NCBI GenBank assembly: GCA_028711115.1
Contig: JAQTSV010000001.1
Coordinates: 902,032 to 966,031, forward strand
Direction: 5' to 3'
From: Candidatus Omnitrophota bacterium
Lineage (GTDB): Bacteria > Omnitrophota > Gorgyraeia > Velamenicoccales > JABMQK01
Length of the DNA: 64,000 nucleotides
Under the pieces are notes generated by a model. That model ran no database searches. It saw nothing but the letters and a program-made list of their open reading frames with translations, and was not told the origin of the DNA. The translations under genes and the position numbers were made by a program. Below, piece after piece: positions 28,355 through 38,288 of the stretch (position 1 is the stretch's first letter; the number at the start of each line of letters is the position of its first letter).

Positions 28355-31059
28355 TTCTCGTAAAGCTTATCAATGTCCACATCTTTTGCGGCACATTCTT
28401 TGCCGTTTGCCGTAATGAATGAACCAGTCTGGCACAGGACTTCTTCAGCCACTTGGTTAAAAGATACATTATTCGCCCTAATTTCTGCAGGACCGTATTC
28501 GGGTTTTTTCTGATAAGCAGCCAGACCAAACTTGGTGCCGGTAATTTGCATATTATCTATTTCTAGTTTTGACAAATCTTTTGACGCTGCACCGAAATCT
28601 GCGTATTCTACGACAATATTCTGCGCATAGACATCGCTTTTTTCGCCTACGCTTAATCCTTTATCGCCCAGGCGATAAGCCTTCATATTTTCTACTTTAA
28701 GATTGGTTCCGCTTACATCTAAGGCATCAGCCTTTATATCCATAAAAATCGTGTCTTTAACTATACCTTGGCAAAAATCATTATCAAGTGCGTCTGAGGA
28801 GATATTTTTAAACAGTGAATTATACATCGCATATCCAACGCGAACCAGATTAACCGCATCTTCGCAATGGTTATTTTGCGCTGTAAAATTATTAAAGACT
28901 GCAGTTGTGTTATAAAATGTTACTCCTCCAGTCAATATCCAACCGGCCCTCTCTATGCCAGTATAATTTTCCACTGTTACGTGATTTAAGATTGACTTGC
29001 CGTTAGCATTAAGCACAACCAACCCTCCCCATCCTGCTGCTTGCGAAGAAAGCCTGACGGGATTATCTTCGCTGCCTTCAAAAATAATAGGCGATGTAGT
29101 TAATAACACAGCCCCTTCTTCAAATTTCAAAGTTGTACCTGACATAGCCATCAGCTTTACATCCGGAGGTATTATCAAATCACCTTTTACTTGCCAGCTT
29201 CCCTGTTTTATAACTAACGCATTAGCCTCCTTATCAAAATCCAGAAAGGGATGTTTATTCAACAAGTCCTCTACAGTGTCCGTCTGCTGAGGAATACTCT
29301 CGATAAATTTCGGCATCGGGAATCTGATAATTTCTGTAAAATGATTCTTCGTGCTGCCTAAAAGCCGGCTTACAACTTCAACTTTTATCTTACTGTCAAG
29401 CTTGTTACCTACGATATATTTGGAAGGGACAAGAATGGAAGTATGATATATCTGTTTGTCTGCAGGCAATTGATATCCCGCCAAGCCATCCAAAATAACT
29501 CTTTGATTAACAGAAAAAGGTATCAGATTTTCGTCGCCAATTCTTATACCTATTAATTCTACCGGTAGATTAAGTAAATTGCTGATGCTTAAGTTAATGC
29601 GACTATCAGTACCTTCTTTATTAATTGAATTCTCGACATATGCCTCAACCTGAACAACGGGATTAATAACCTCGTATAAGAATTTCCTATTGAATTCTAT
29701 GGCCTCCCAATCAATTGTCTCTGGTTTTTCTCTCCATAATATTTTAAGCTGCTGGCTCAAAGGAACTTTCAACGTCTGTTTCAGATGCTCTAAATATTCC
29801 GGTGAAGTAATTCTCTCACATTCCTTTATGTATTTTTCCGCTATTTCCCTGTCTCTCAGCACCCGGAGAACCCAATCCTGCTGTCCGTAAGGATAACCGA
29901 AGAATCTCTTCCCGCTTGCAATTTCGCCATAATCCTCATTGCTTATCAGGCCTCCTGCTTTCGCGTTAAATCCTATGGGTTCTAATTTTGAGGTGATGGG
30001 ATTATAGTAAAAATTGATATTTTGCCAAAGCAAGGCATGGTCTCCTGCCCATAAGTAAGTTATGGCTAAAAATTTTGCCATTAAATCACTGTCAAAAACC
30101 TCGGAAGCCTTTTTCTCCCCGGAGATAAATGCCGCCAATAGGCCAAGCGCCGTGTCCCGCTGTTTTACCAAAGAAGGATCTTTTGCAACATACTCTTTAT
30201 TAAAAACATCCAAATCGACATTTAGCCATGCCCTGGGAGTAAGAATAAAATAGGATGGATTGACAATATCAAAAGATCTGTCTATACGGTCAGGCCAATC
30301 AGCCAACTGTTTCCAATAAGAATCCTCCTTAAATTTTACTATGACGCCTGTCCTTCTGTTCTGCGATTCGATAAGTTCTTTTGAAAAATTCTCCTCAAGG
30401 GCATATATTCCTTTATTCTTCCCATTAATTACCACATCAATAAATTCATATCGTGGCGCCAGAATCCCCTCTGATCTTAAATGAGTTAAATAAGCAAACT
30501 CATTGGCATAGGTTCTAAATTTAGGATCATGTATGGAAAACACCCTCATGCCTTTGAACCTTGCATCGCCTTCTGTCCTTATGCGGAATGCCCATTTATC
30601 TCCCGATATCTGTTCAATCACATCTCCTTTTAATCTAAGTTTTATAGGTATGGTCTGGTTTTCATATCTAATGGTAGCCGGTACAAATTCCTTTTCCTCC
30701 AGAAACAGAAAACCTCTCTTTACGGCATCATCTCTATTGTTGAGCAATTTCTTATAATTTTTAAATTTGATGTCTATATAAGTCTTAGGGATATCGGGTA
30801 TTATATAACTCTGGGCACGATAGATTAAACCCAGCGTTTGCCGTTTAAATTTATTCTTGGCGTTTTCAAAAGACCGCTGGAAATTGCCTTTTTTGATGGC
30901 TTTTTGTATTGTAATCCCGCCGCCAATAATGACCCCGCCAATGACAATTATATTTATAGCGAGGGAAAGTATTAAAAGGATACGCCACCAGCGTCTTCCC
31001 TTTATCTTCTTTCGTTCTACTCTATCTTTTTTAATTCTGCGTTCACTATGAATTATCAC
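28336..31059 (-). CDS. Membrane-anchored CotH kinase-family protein with C-terminal parallel beta-helix domain
   Basis: N-terminal TM WWRILLILSLAINIIVIGGVIIGG. Central region ...IDVVINGKNKGIYALEENFSKE... is CotH-like. The last 250 aa or so show repetitive N/G/V-rich turns typical of right-handed beta-helices. Sits between DUF4956 and VTC genes. Confidence 0.6.
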   Translation of the reverse strand: MIIHSERRIKKDRVERKKIKGRRWWRILLILSLAINIIVIGGVIIGGGITIQKAIKKGNFQRSFENAKNKFKRQTLGLIYRAQSYIIPDIPKTYIDIKFKNYKKLLNNRDDAVKRGFLFLEEKEFVPATIRYENQTIPIKLRLKGDVIEQISGDKWAFRIRTEGDARFKGMRVFSIHDPKFRTYANEFAYLTHLRSEGILAPRYEFIDVVINGKNKGIYALEENFSKELIESQNRRTGVIVKFKEDSYWKQLADWPDRIDRSFDIVNPSYFILTPRAWLNVDLDVFNKEYVAKDPSLVKQRDTALGLLAAFISGEKKASEVFDSDLMAKFLAITYLWAGDHALLWQNINFYYNPITSKLEPIGFNAKAGGLISNEDYGEIASGKRFFGYPYGQQDWVLRVLRDREIAEKYIKECERITSPEYLEHLKQTLKVPLSQQLKILWREKPETIDWEAIEFNRKFLYEVINPVVQVEAYVENSINKEGTDSRINLSISNLLNLPVELIGIRIGDENLIPFSVNQRVILDGLAGYQLPADKQIYHTSILVPSKYIVGNKLDSKIKVEVVSRLLGSTKNHFTEIIRFPMPKFIESIPQQTDTVEDLLNKHPFLDFDKEANALVIKQGSWQVKGDLIIPPDVKLMAMSGTTLKFEEGAVLLTTSPIIFEGSEDNPVRLSSQAAGWGGLVVLNANGKSILNHVTVENYTGIERAGWILTGGVTFYNTTAVFNNFTAQNNHCEDAVNLVRVGYAMYNSLFKNISSDALDNDFCQGIVKDTIFMDIKADALDVSGTNLKVENMKAYRLGDKGLSVGEKSDVYAQNIVVEYADFGAASKDLSKLEIDNMQITGTKFGLAAYQKKPEYGPAEIRANNVSFNQVAEEVLCQTGSFITANGKECAAKDVDIDKLYEKWKDTK

Positions 31060-31061
31060 AG

Positions 31062-31748
31062 CTATCCTCTTGTCTCCCTGTCCTGGTCGATAAAAGTTAT
31101 CGCCACATTGGGAATTGATTTCTTTAAATTTTCCAATACGCTCATCAACAGTTCATTATTATCGAAATCCACATAATAAGTTGCATGCAGAATATTATCC
31201 CTCATATCTACACGCCTGATATCAATGATATTAGAATGTTCTTTAAGGATAGAATCTATCTGTTTCAAGGCATCTTTTTCTGAAGCAATCTTGGGGATTT
31301 CTATATTTAAATAAAGATTGTGATTCTCTGCTGTCTTCTTCATTCCCTGCCAACGTACAATTACAAAGAGGATCAAAAGAACTACTATTATGGTGGGAAA
31401 CATCTGATCTGCCCCCATACCCAGACCTATGGCAATTGTTAAGAATAGATAAGCCAGTTCTTCTGGTTCTTTAATGGGTGCCCTGAATCTTACGATAGAT
31501 AACGCACCGACTAAACCCAAAGATAAAGCCAAAGAAGATTTGATTATTGTAATTACCAAAAAAGTTGTAGCAGCTATGATAGAAAAGTTATTGGCAAAAA
31601 TCCTTCTGTTAGAAAGTGCGTGCCCGTAGCGGATATAAAAGTATTTAAGCAAAAGTGACAAAATTACCACTACAGCAAAATTTATCATCAGCGGTATAAT
31701 GGAAATTTGCGAATTGGTGAAAAGGACTAATTTGTTAACTGCATTCAT
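31062..31748 (-). CDS. DUF4956-family membrane protein
   Basis: About 4 TM segments with LSIVRFRAPIKEPEELAYLFLTIAIGLGMGA, which matches my memory of the DUF4956 core. Has a soluble C-terminal domain. AGGAGG RBS 6 nt upstream, preceded by a 198-bp intergenic gap. Confidence 0.6.
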   Translation of the reverse strand: MNAVNKLVLFTNSQISIIPLMINFAVVVILSLLLKYFYIRYGHALSNRRIFANNFSIIAATTFLVITIIKSSLALSLGLVGALSIVRFRAPIKEPEELAYLFLTIAIGLGMGADQMFPTIIVVLLILFVIVRWQGMKKTAENHNLYLNIEIPKIASEKDALKQIDSILKEHSNIIDIRRVDMRDNILHATYYVDFDNNELLMSVLENLKKSIPNVAITFIDQDRETRG

Positions 31749-31946
31749 CTCTATCCTCCTTTAATTTGACCATTTTATGATATCTTTGCTATAAATGTAT
31801 AACGCCCCTAGCAGATGGGTGCGACTTCACATTAACACAAGATTTTATCATAAATTTCACTATTGTCTAAGAACTTTTTATAAATATAGTCTTCTTGATG
31901 GCTAACTTATTGCTAAATCATTTTATAGCCAATAATAACCTGTCTG

Positions 31947-32984
31947 TTAGTATTTGGGCCCGCGTAAATAACCCCATGCTTCTCTAAGATAAAACCATAA
32001 CGAATGTCTTATTATTAGTTTATCGAATATCTTATCATCAATTTTTCTTAACTTCTGCTGCACAAACGTCCTTTTTATTAAAATTTCTTTTATATGAAAC
32101 AAATTCCAAAGAATCCCTTTCAATATCAAGACCGAATCAGTAAGCTTACCACGAAAGAAAAATAAGGCTGATAGACAAATCCAGCTAAAGATATGAACAG
32201 GCAAAATCTTAAGTAAATTCCTGCAGCCTAAGTTCTTCAGGAGAGTCATAATATAATTCCTGCAACCTAAAAATCTAATCATATAAGTTGAATAATATCT
32301 CTTTGACTCTTTTAAGGGAGTATTAAATGCATGCCAGACTACAGCCCGGGGCACAAATACCACCCTGTAACCTGAAAGCCACGCCCGGAAACAAAAATCA
32401 GTCTCTTCCAGAAAAATAAAATAAGAATCGTCGTACATGCCTAATTCTCTATACACAGAACTTCTGATCATCGTGGCTGCTGATTTTGCGCTAAGAATAT
32501 CCTCGACCTTGTCAAATTGGCCTTTATCGATACAGTGTCGTGAGCGTTCATATAAAAATCCCAATGGGGTTAAATAGTCGCCGGCGTGGTCGAATTTCTT
32601 CCTCTCCACCATATTGAGCAACTTGCACTGCGCTACGGCAATATTAGGATCGTTTTCAAATACTTTAACCAGTTCATTAATCCATTCGTTGTCTACTTCT
32701 GTATCGTTATCCAAAAAAGCAATATACTCGCCTTTAGCTTTCTCGAATCCAATATTTCTGGCAGCAGAAGGTCCGTAATTCTTATTATTCCGGACCATAA
32801 CAATACGTTCGTCTTTAAAATGATTCCTGACATATTCAGCGCTTCCGTCTGTAGAAGCATTATCAACAAAAATCACCTCAAATTCCTTATAGTTAGTCTT
32901 TAATAATGAACGGAAAAACCTGTCTACAAAATCTTTACCGTTAAAATTTATAACTATAACAGAAATTAATTCTAGGGTAGGCAT
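31947..32984 (-). CDS. GT2 glycosyltransferase, type A copy 1
   Basis: VIVINFNGKDF, FVDNASTDGS, FLDNDTEV, EETDFCFRAWLSGYRV. Clear paralog of 36467..37510. Confidence 0.8.
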   Translation of the reverse strand: MPTLELISVIVINFNGKDFVDRFFRSLLKTNYKEFEVIFVDNASTDGSAEYVRNHFKDERIVMVRNNKNYGPSAARNIGFEKAKGEYIAFLDNDTEVDNEWINELVKVFENDPNIAVAQCKLLNMVERKKFDHAGDYLTPLGFLYERSRHCIDKGQFDKVEDILSAKSAATMIRSSVYRELGMYDDSYFIFLEETDFCFRAWLSGYRVVFVPRAVVWHAFNTPLKESKRYYSTYMIRFLGCRNYIMTLLKNLGCRNLLKILPVHIFSWICLSALFFFRGKLTDSVLILKGILWNLFHIKEILIKRTFVQQKLRKIDDKIFDKLIIRHSLWFYLREAWGYLRGPKY

Positions 32985-33973
32985 TTAGGAATCATATTTT
33001 TAATCAAACCGAAAATTGTTCCTGATATACCGGAAAGCCAATCCAGATTTCTCGTTTCCAACGTCTTATAAACCCAGTAACAATTTATAAAAAACAAATA
33101 TGAATAAAATCTTATAAATTTCTGAAATGTATCCGGTTTTATGTGCCTGAAATAAAAAGTTATAAAATTAGCGCTCCTGTCGAAAGCATGGGTCCTGGCT
33201 CCAAAAACCCCTCTTATGCTTACGCGGTGTTCCGTGACCGCTCTGGGATTAAATACAAGCCTGTATCCTAATTTTTTTATCCTGAAGGCCAAATCCGGTT
33301 CGCTCCAGTCGCCCACACCGCCGTAACAATAATCAAAACCGCCGACTTCCTCAATAAGTTTTCTGCGCATACACATATGGCATGCCTCAAGGTAATCCAC
33401 TTCCAATAATCCTTCTTTTTTCAAACAGTCAGGGAAATTAGAACCTAAGGTAAATATGCCGCCTCGCAGAATCCTACCGACTTCATTTACTCTGCCTTCT
33501 AATATAAAATTCAGATAAAAACTTCCTAAACTTCTCCAGAAAATATTACCTTTTTCAAACCTCTTTACCAATAAAATTAAGTCTCTCAGTTTCCTTCTTC
33601 TTTCGCTGATTAGAGTAGGTCCGCTTACGCCGCCTATTTTCTCATCAGATAAAAATGTTTCTACGATTTCTTTAAGCCAAAAAGGTGAAACAACCAAATC
33701 ATCGTCGATTATACAGACTATGTCACTGTGTGTCTGCCTCCAGCAGAGATTTCTTGCCTCAACCAGTCCTGTCTTGCCTTGTTGAATAATCCGAATAGGT
33801 AAATTAAAATTCTTGACCAATTCCCCGACGGGTTTTTTGTCTCCGCCATTTACAATCGCAACATCAAAATTCCTGTAAGATTGTTTACTCAGGGAATCCA
33901 GGCATTTTGACAAATCCCTAGGCCGGTTAAAAGTATTAATGGCCACAGTAACAGTCAAATTATTATTTATCAT
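32972..33973 (-). CDS. GT2 glycosyltransferase, type B copy 1
   Basis: TVAINTFNRPRDL, IIDDDLVVSP, KGNIFW. Paralog of 39796..40797. Confidence 0.75.
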   Translation of the reverse strand: MINNNLTVTVAINTFNRPRDLSKCLDSLSKQSYRNFDVAIVNGGDKKPVGELVKNFNLPIRIIQQGKTGLVEARNLCWRQTHSDIVCIIDDDLVVSPFWLKEIVETFLSDEKIGGVSGPTLISERRRKLRDLILLVKRFEKGNIFWRSLGSFYLNFILEGRVNEVGRILRGGIFTLGSNFPDCLKKEGLLEVDYLEACHMCMRRKLIEEVGGFDYCYGGVGDWSEPDLAFRIKKLGYRLVFNPRAVTEHRVSIRGVFGARTHAFDRSANFITFYFRHIKPDTFQKFIRFYSYLFFINCYWVYKTLETRNLDWLSGISGTIFGLIKNMIPKCLP

Positions 33974-33984
33974 AAGAGCCAGAT

Positions 33985-35757
33985 TTAATGATTAGCCACT
34001 ATTTCGTAAACTTCGTCGTTATCAAATTTATTTATAAATTTGAAATCCTTTGATTTTGATAAATCCGGGGTTTCTCCTACTACGTCTATGGCTTCTTTAT
34101 TATTACCGGCCAAATAGTCATTCAGATGCAATATTACGTATTTCACTCCTAGGGCACTTAATATTTTCGGGGTAGCTGGATCAGTTATCCGTAATATACT
34201 CTTCTTAATCTCAGAACCCAGAGTCCCCGGTTCCGATCCCTCAATAATAGCCTTCCGGTGAAATCGCTGGTATAGAATGTTGTCTAGATTAATATATCCT
34301 TCTGCCATATCTCCTAAGGTCAAAGGATATTCGGCAATTACAAAAAATTCTTTTTGTTTACCTAGCCAGCTATATACCGGAGGACATTTGTCAATTTCCG
34401 TTACTCTTGAAGGTGGGATATTGGCAAAGTCTAAGAGAATTAAAAAAGAAAACAAACCTATAAAGAACTTATGCTTATGTTTTGTATTCATTAGACTGTT
34501 AAATCCATAACCGGCCAGTATGCTTATTGATAAAACACTAAGTACGCCAAACCTTGCATATGCCCTGAAAACAGGAAAAACTTTATATAAAAAGAAAGAC
34601 GGAAAATATATCTTAAAAAACAAAAGATTCCAATACGGAGGCATGGAAATAAGTACTGCTGAAATAAAAATAAATAAAAATAGCTGTTTAACAAATTTTG
34701 TTTGCTCAAGACTGTAATTTTGTACATGGGAAATTACATTCTCGCGCCTACGTATAGCAATAAATGACAAAATAAGCCCAACCCAACCCAAATAGAGAGT
34801 CTGCTCAATCGAACCCCGGCCAAAAAATATGCTGCCCTCCAGCGAACGCGCCAATCCTCCCCATAAAGGATGGTATTTGGAAGGAATCAGATACGCAAGT
34901 ATACTGGCGGATTGAGTGAACAAATAGTGAAATGACCTTATTGCAACATTCTGCGCTGCAGATATAGAATCATTACTGTGAGAAACTGTGACCGCTGCTT
35001 TTATCGAAGGCATAAGCAAAGGCAATACCATAAGTAATGATAAAATCCCCATTGTGAAGAAATTGATAAACAGCCTCGAGAATTCTTTAACAGGATATCT
35101 GTTTCTTAAATAATAAAAAACACAAAACAAAATATACAAAACAGAAAAAATAAAAATAATGTAGGAATATGTTAAATCGCTTAAAATAACCAGAGTCAAA
35201 CTTAATGAACAGAATATTAAATTACTGATATTCGGCTTATCTTTTAATTTCAGAAGGAAAAGTATGTATAACGGGATAAATTCTATAAACATAAGCCCGA
35301 AATGCTCCCAGGATTTATTTATATGATACGGGCTAAAGGTATAGATTAACCCTGAAATAAATGCCGCCGAATGGCGCTTGGTCAAATAAAAAACCAAAGC
35401 GTACATGCATAAAAACGAAAGAATAAAACTGCCTAATATCAGCGCGTTATAGGCAAATATCTCATTAAAAATAACGGAAAATAAATAAGCCGGAATCATA
35501 CAGAGAGGGAAAATCTGCGGGGCCATATATTTTACTCCAAATGGGTAATTGGTGAGTACATTGGTATCTACGTTTAAATTATTCTCTGCAGAATAATTAA
35601 ACCACCAAAAATGCCAAATGGCAGCTCTGTTATCCGTCCCATACAAAGGGCCATAAACAGCTTTGTCCATTTTGAACACCAATGGGAACGTAAAAACAAA
35701 AAGTATCACTAAAAAAGTAATAAAATAAATAATATGCTGTTTGGTATTTTTTCTCAT
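33985..35757 (-). CDS. Large polytopic membrane protein, candidate GT-C glycosyltransferase or polymerase
   Basis: 590 aa with about 12 or more TM segments in the first 450 aa, then a soluble C-terminal domain. No motif I can assign confidently. Embedded among GT2 genes. Confidence 0.4.
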   Translation of the reverse strand: MRKNTKQHIIYFITFLVILFVFTFPLVFKMDKAVYGPLYGTDNRAAIWHFWWFNYSAENNLNVDTNVLTNYPFGVKYMAPQIFPLCMIPAYLFSVIFNEIFAYNALILGSFILSFLCMYALVFYLTKRHSAAFISGLIYTFSPYHINKSWEHFGLMFIEFIPLYILFLLKLKDKPNISNLIFCSLSLTLVILSDLTYSYIIFIFSVLYILFCVFYYLRNRYPVKEFSRLFINFFTMGILSLLMVLPLLMPSIKAAVTVSHSNDSISAAQNVAIRSFHYLFTQSASILAYLIPSKYHPLWGGLARSLEGSIFFGRGSIEQTLYLGWVGLILSFIAIRRRENVISHVQNYSLEQTKFVKQLFLFIFISAVLISMPPYWNLLFFKIYFPSFFLYKVFPVFRAYARFGVLSVLSISILAGYGFNSLMNTKHKHKFFIGLFSFLILLDFANIPPSRVTEIDKCPPVYSWLGKQKEFFVIAEYPLTLGDMAEGYINLDNILYQRFHRKAIIEGSEPGTLGSEIKKSILRITDPATPKILSALGVKYVILHLNDYLAGNNKEAIDVVGETPDLSKSKDFKFINKFDNDEVYEIVANH

Positions 35758-36467
35758 ATAGCCTTCCTGAAAATCATAAGGTTATCGCAATACCACCAGA
35801 GAATCTTTTTTTCTCTCATGGCAGCCTTAACTCTCTCGGTTATTTTATCGTCGTAATCATAATTTCTTTCTTTGAAAATATTAACCCAGAACTCGTGTGG
35901 CTGCTCGTTTATGTGGAAATGCCCGCCCTGGCCTGGCGTTGCCGCTGTAAAAATAATTGTATCGCTTAAATTCGTAAGGTTCTCCACAAGCCTTTGGGAA
36001 AATTTATTCTCAATATGTTCGGCTACTTCCAGACATAATGCCAAATCATATCTTTTATCAAGTTCGATTTTATTCCTTAAATCAAATAACTGGATGTATT
36101 TTTTGTCTACCAGTGCCTTTTCTATAGCAGAGCGGCTGCCTTCATAACCCTGTATAGGAATACCTCTCTTTTGAAATTCGCTAAGGAATTCTGCGTTACC
36201 GCAGCCTAAATCTACAACCGAACTAGGATTAAAATAATCAATCAAAACTCCGGTTAATTTAGCCGCAATAGGAACATTCCATTCTAAATTCTTATTAAAA
36301 AACTTATCGTCATAAATTATGTCTTTGTGATTACTTCTTGCTTTCAAGATATAGTATTTTGACTTCTGATACAAAACTTTTGCTTTTTTAAGCAGCTTAT
36401 ATAAAGTCGGCAGATTATTTGCTACAAACTCTTCAAGATTATGCAGTTGTTTTTCGAAAAATTTCAT
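35754..36467 (-). CDS. Class I SAM-dependent methyltransferase
   Basis: VVDLGCGNAEF (motif I), LCLEVAEHI. 237 aa. Confidence 0.75.
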   Translation of the reverse strand: MKFFEKQLHNLEEFVANNLPTLYKLLKKAKVLYQKSKYYILKARSNHKDIIYDDKFFNKNLEWNVPIAAKLTGVLIDYFNPSSVVDLGCGNAEFLSEFQKRGIPIQGYEGSRSAIEKALVDKKYIQLFDLRNKIELDKRYDLALCLEVAEHIENKFSQRLVENLTNLSDTIIFTAATPGQGGHFHINEQPHEFWVNIFKERNYDYDDKITERVKAAMREKKILWWYCDNLMIFRKAI

Positions 36468-37510
36468 TAGTAAGGTCGTCCTGTGACGTATCTGGTTGCT
36501 ATAAGAAAATAATAACTAAGCGGCTTTTTTTGCATTATCAAATTAAATATATCGCGGTCTTTTACCTTTCTTATATTTTTCTGTACAAGATTTCTCTTTG
36601 AGATAATCTTTGGAAAATCCCAGATCACACTAAAAATGGCCTTGAGGATAAAAAATGCGTCGCTGAATTTTCCTCTCAATAAAAATAATAGCGATAAAAT
36701 TAAGAAACCTGAAACCTGAAAAAATAACATCTTGAACACATTGAAGAAATTTGCGTTCTTTAAAACAGTAATCAAATAATTTCTACAGCCAAAGTATCGG
36801 ACGATATAATTTGAGTAGTATTTCTTTTCATCTTTGAGCTTAGTTATATAAGCGTGCCAGACTATCGACTTTGGCGAAAAAACGACCCTGCAACCTGAAA
36901 GCCACGCCCGCCAGCAAAAGTCAGTTTCTTCCAGATACATAAAATAAGAATCGTCATACATACCTAATTCTTTAAACGCCGAGCTCTTTATCATTGTGGC
37001 GGCGCCTTTGGCATTAAAAATATTTTCTACTCTATCGAATTGGCCTGTGTCTTTTGCACCATTAGAGCGTTCTACCAAAAATCCGAATGGTGTAATAAAA
37101 TCTCCGGCGTGGTCAAACCTGTCTTTTTGCGCCATATTAAGAAGTTTTGCCTGCGCTACAGCAATCTTTTCATCTTTAGAAAATACACTTAAAAATTCTT
37201 CAATCCAGCCTTTCTCCACCACAGTATCATTATCCAGAAAAATTATATATTCGCCTTTGGAATAGTTAAAACCGATATTCCTTCCTCCAGGCACGCCGTA
37301 GTTTTTTCTTTCGCTTACAATATTAATCTTGGCAGAATAATTATTCCTTAAAAATAGCACGCTATCGTCAGTGGAGGCGTTATCCACTACGATTATTTCA
37401 AAGTTTTGATATGTGGAGGCCAAAACCGAATCCAGGCAGGACTTGAGAAATTCTTTTCCGTTGTAATTTAGTATTATTATGGAAACCAAAGGTTGGGCGT
37501 GGCTTTGCAA
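36467..37510 (-). CDS. GT2 glycosyltransferase, type A copy 2
   Basis: SIIILNYNGKEF, VVDNASTDDS, FLDNDTVV, EETDFCWRAWLSGCRV. Roughly half of the positions are identical to 31947..32984 by eye. Confidence 0.8.
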   Translation of the reverse strand: MQSHAQPLVSIIILNYNGKEFLKSCLDSVLASTYQNFEIIVVDNASTDDSVLFLRNNYSAKINIVSERKNYGVPGGRNIGFNYSKGEYIIFLDNDTVVEKGWIEEFLSVFSKDEKIAVAQAKLLNMAQKDRFDHAGDFITPFGFLVERSNGAKDTGQFDRVENIFNAKGAATMIKSSAFKELGMYDDSYFMYLEETDFCWRAWLSGCRVVFSPKSIVWHAYITKLKDEKKYYSNYIVRYFGCRNYLITVLKNANFFNVFKMLFFQVSGFLILSLLFLLRGKFSDAFFILKAIFSVIWDFPKIISKRNLVQKNIRKVKDRDIFNLIMQKKPLSYYFLIATRYVTGRPY

Positions 37511-37512
37511 AA

Positions 37513-38286
37513 TTAACCCCGTTTTTTCGCTACTACGGTAATATCCCAGTCGCTGGGCTTAATTTTTCTTTTAAGATTCGAAAAAGGAAAAACTCCCAAT
37601 ACGCTAAAACCGTTTTTCTCTAGTATCGACTTCATCTCATTAACAAAAAAATACCTTACGAGGTGAGATTCTCTGGACTGGCTTCTTTCTTTGGTCGCTT
37701 TATCCAAAACGCTGACCTTATAATTTACGCGGCATAGGTTCTTCGTAGGAAAAATATCTGTTTTTGACTCGCGTTCGATCACTAAATTCTTATAAACGAA
37801 CTTTTTCTTTTTATAAGGCGTATAATTTTTAACAACTACCGCGCCGTTCCAAAAATCAAAAATAAAAAGAGAATCTTTTTTAAGGCATTGCCGCACATTA
37901 AATATAAATCTTTCAAGATCTTTATAGTCGGTAAGGTAATCTATTGTGGAAAACATGGAGATAATGGCGTCAAACTTTTTATCGCACTTTAAATTTTGCA
38001 TCTTCATGCAACAATATTTGACCTTCAAAGAATTTGTTTTTGCTTTCTCGCCAGCCCTTTTAAGCATATGCTTCGATGCGTCTATACCGGTGACGGAGTA
38101 ACCCATTTTGGCAAGAATGTTCGCGTGGCCGCCGGTTCCGCAAGCAACATCAAGGATGGATTTGGGTTTATTTATAGAGAATTTCTTAAAAATATCCTCT
38201 AAAAACCTGCATTCTTTCTTATAGTCTTTATTTCTATAAAAAATATCGTAAAAAAAGGCGTAATCTTTATCAAAAACTTTTTTCAT
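37513..38286 (-). CDS. Class I SAM-dependent methyltransferase
   Basis: ILDVACGTGGHANILAKMGYSVTGIDAS (motifs I/II). Confidence 0.8.
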   Translation of the reverse strand: MKKVFDKDYAFFYDIFYRNKDYKKECRFLEDIFKKFSINKPKSILDVACGTGGHANILAKMGYSVTGIDASKHMLKRAGEKAKTNSLKVKYCCMKMQNLKCDKKFDAIISMFSTIDYLTDYKDLERFIFNVRQCLKKDSLFIFDFWNGAVVVKNYTPYKKKKFVYKNLVIERESKTDIFPTKNLCRVNYKVSVLDKATKERSQSRESHLVRYFFVNEMKSILEKNGFSVLGVFPFSNLKRKIKPSDWDITVVAKKRG

Positions 38287-38288
38287 GC

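Noticed and set aside
28305-28529. Short minus-strand ORFs nested out of frame inside larger genes: 28305..28529, 27081..27266, 34524..34727, 41060..41257 and 62404..62688.
   Set aside because: Each overlaps a longer ORF that has clear family motifs. Their sequences are low-complexity or basic and have no homology features.
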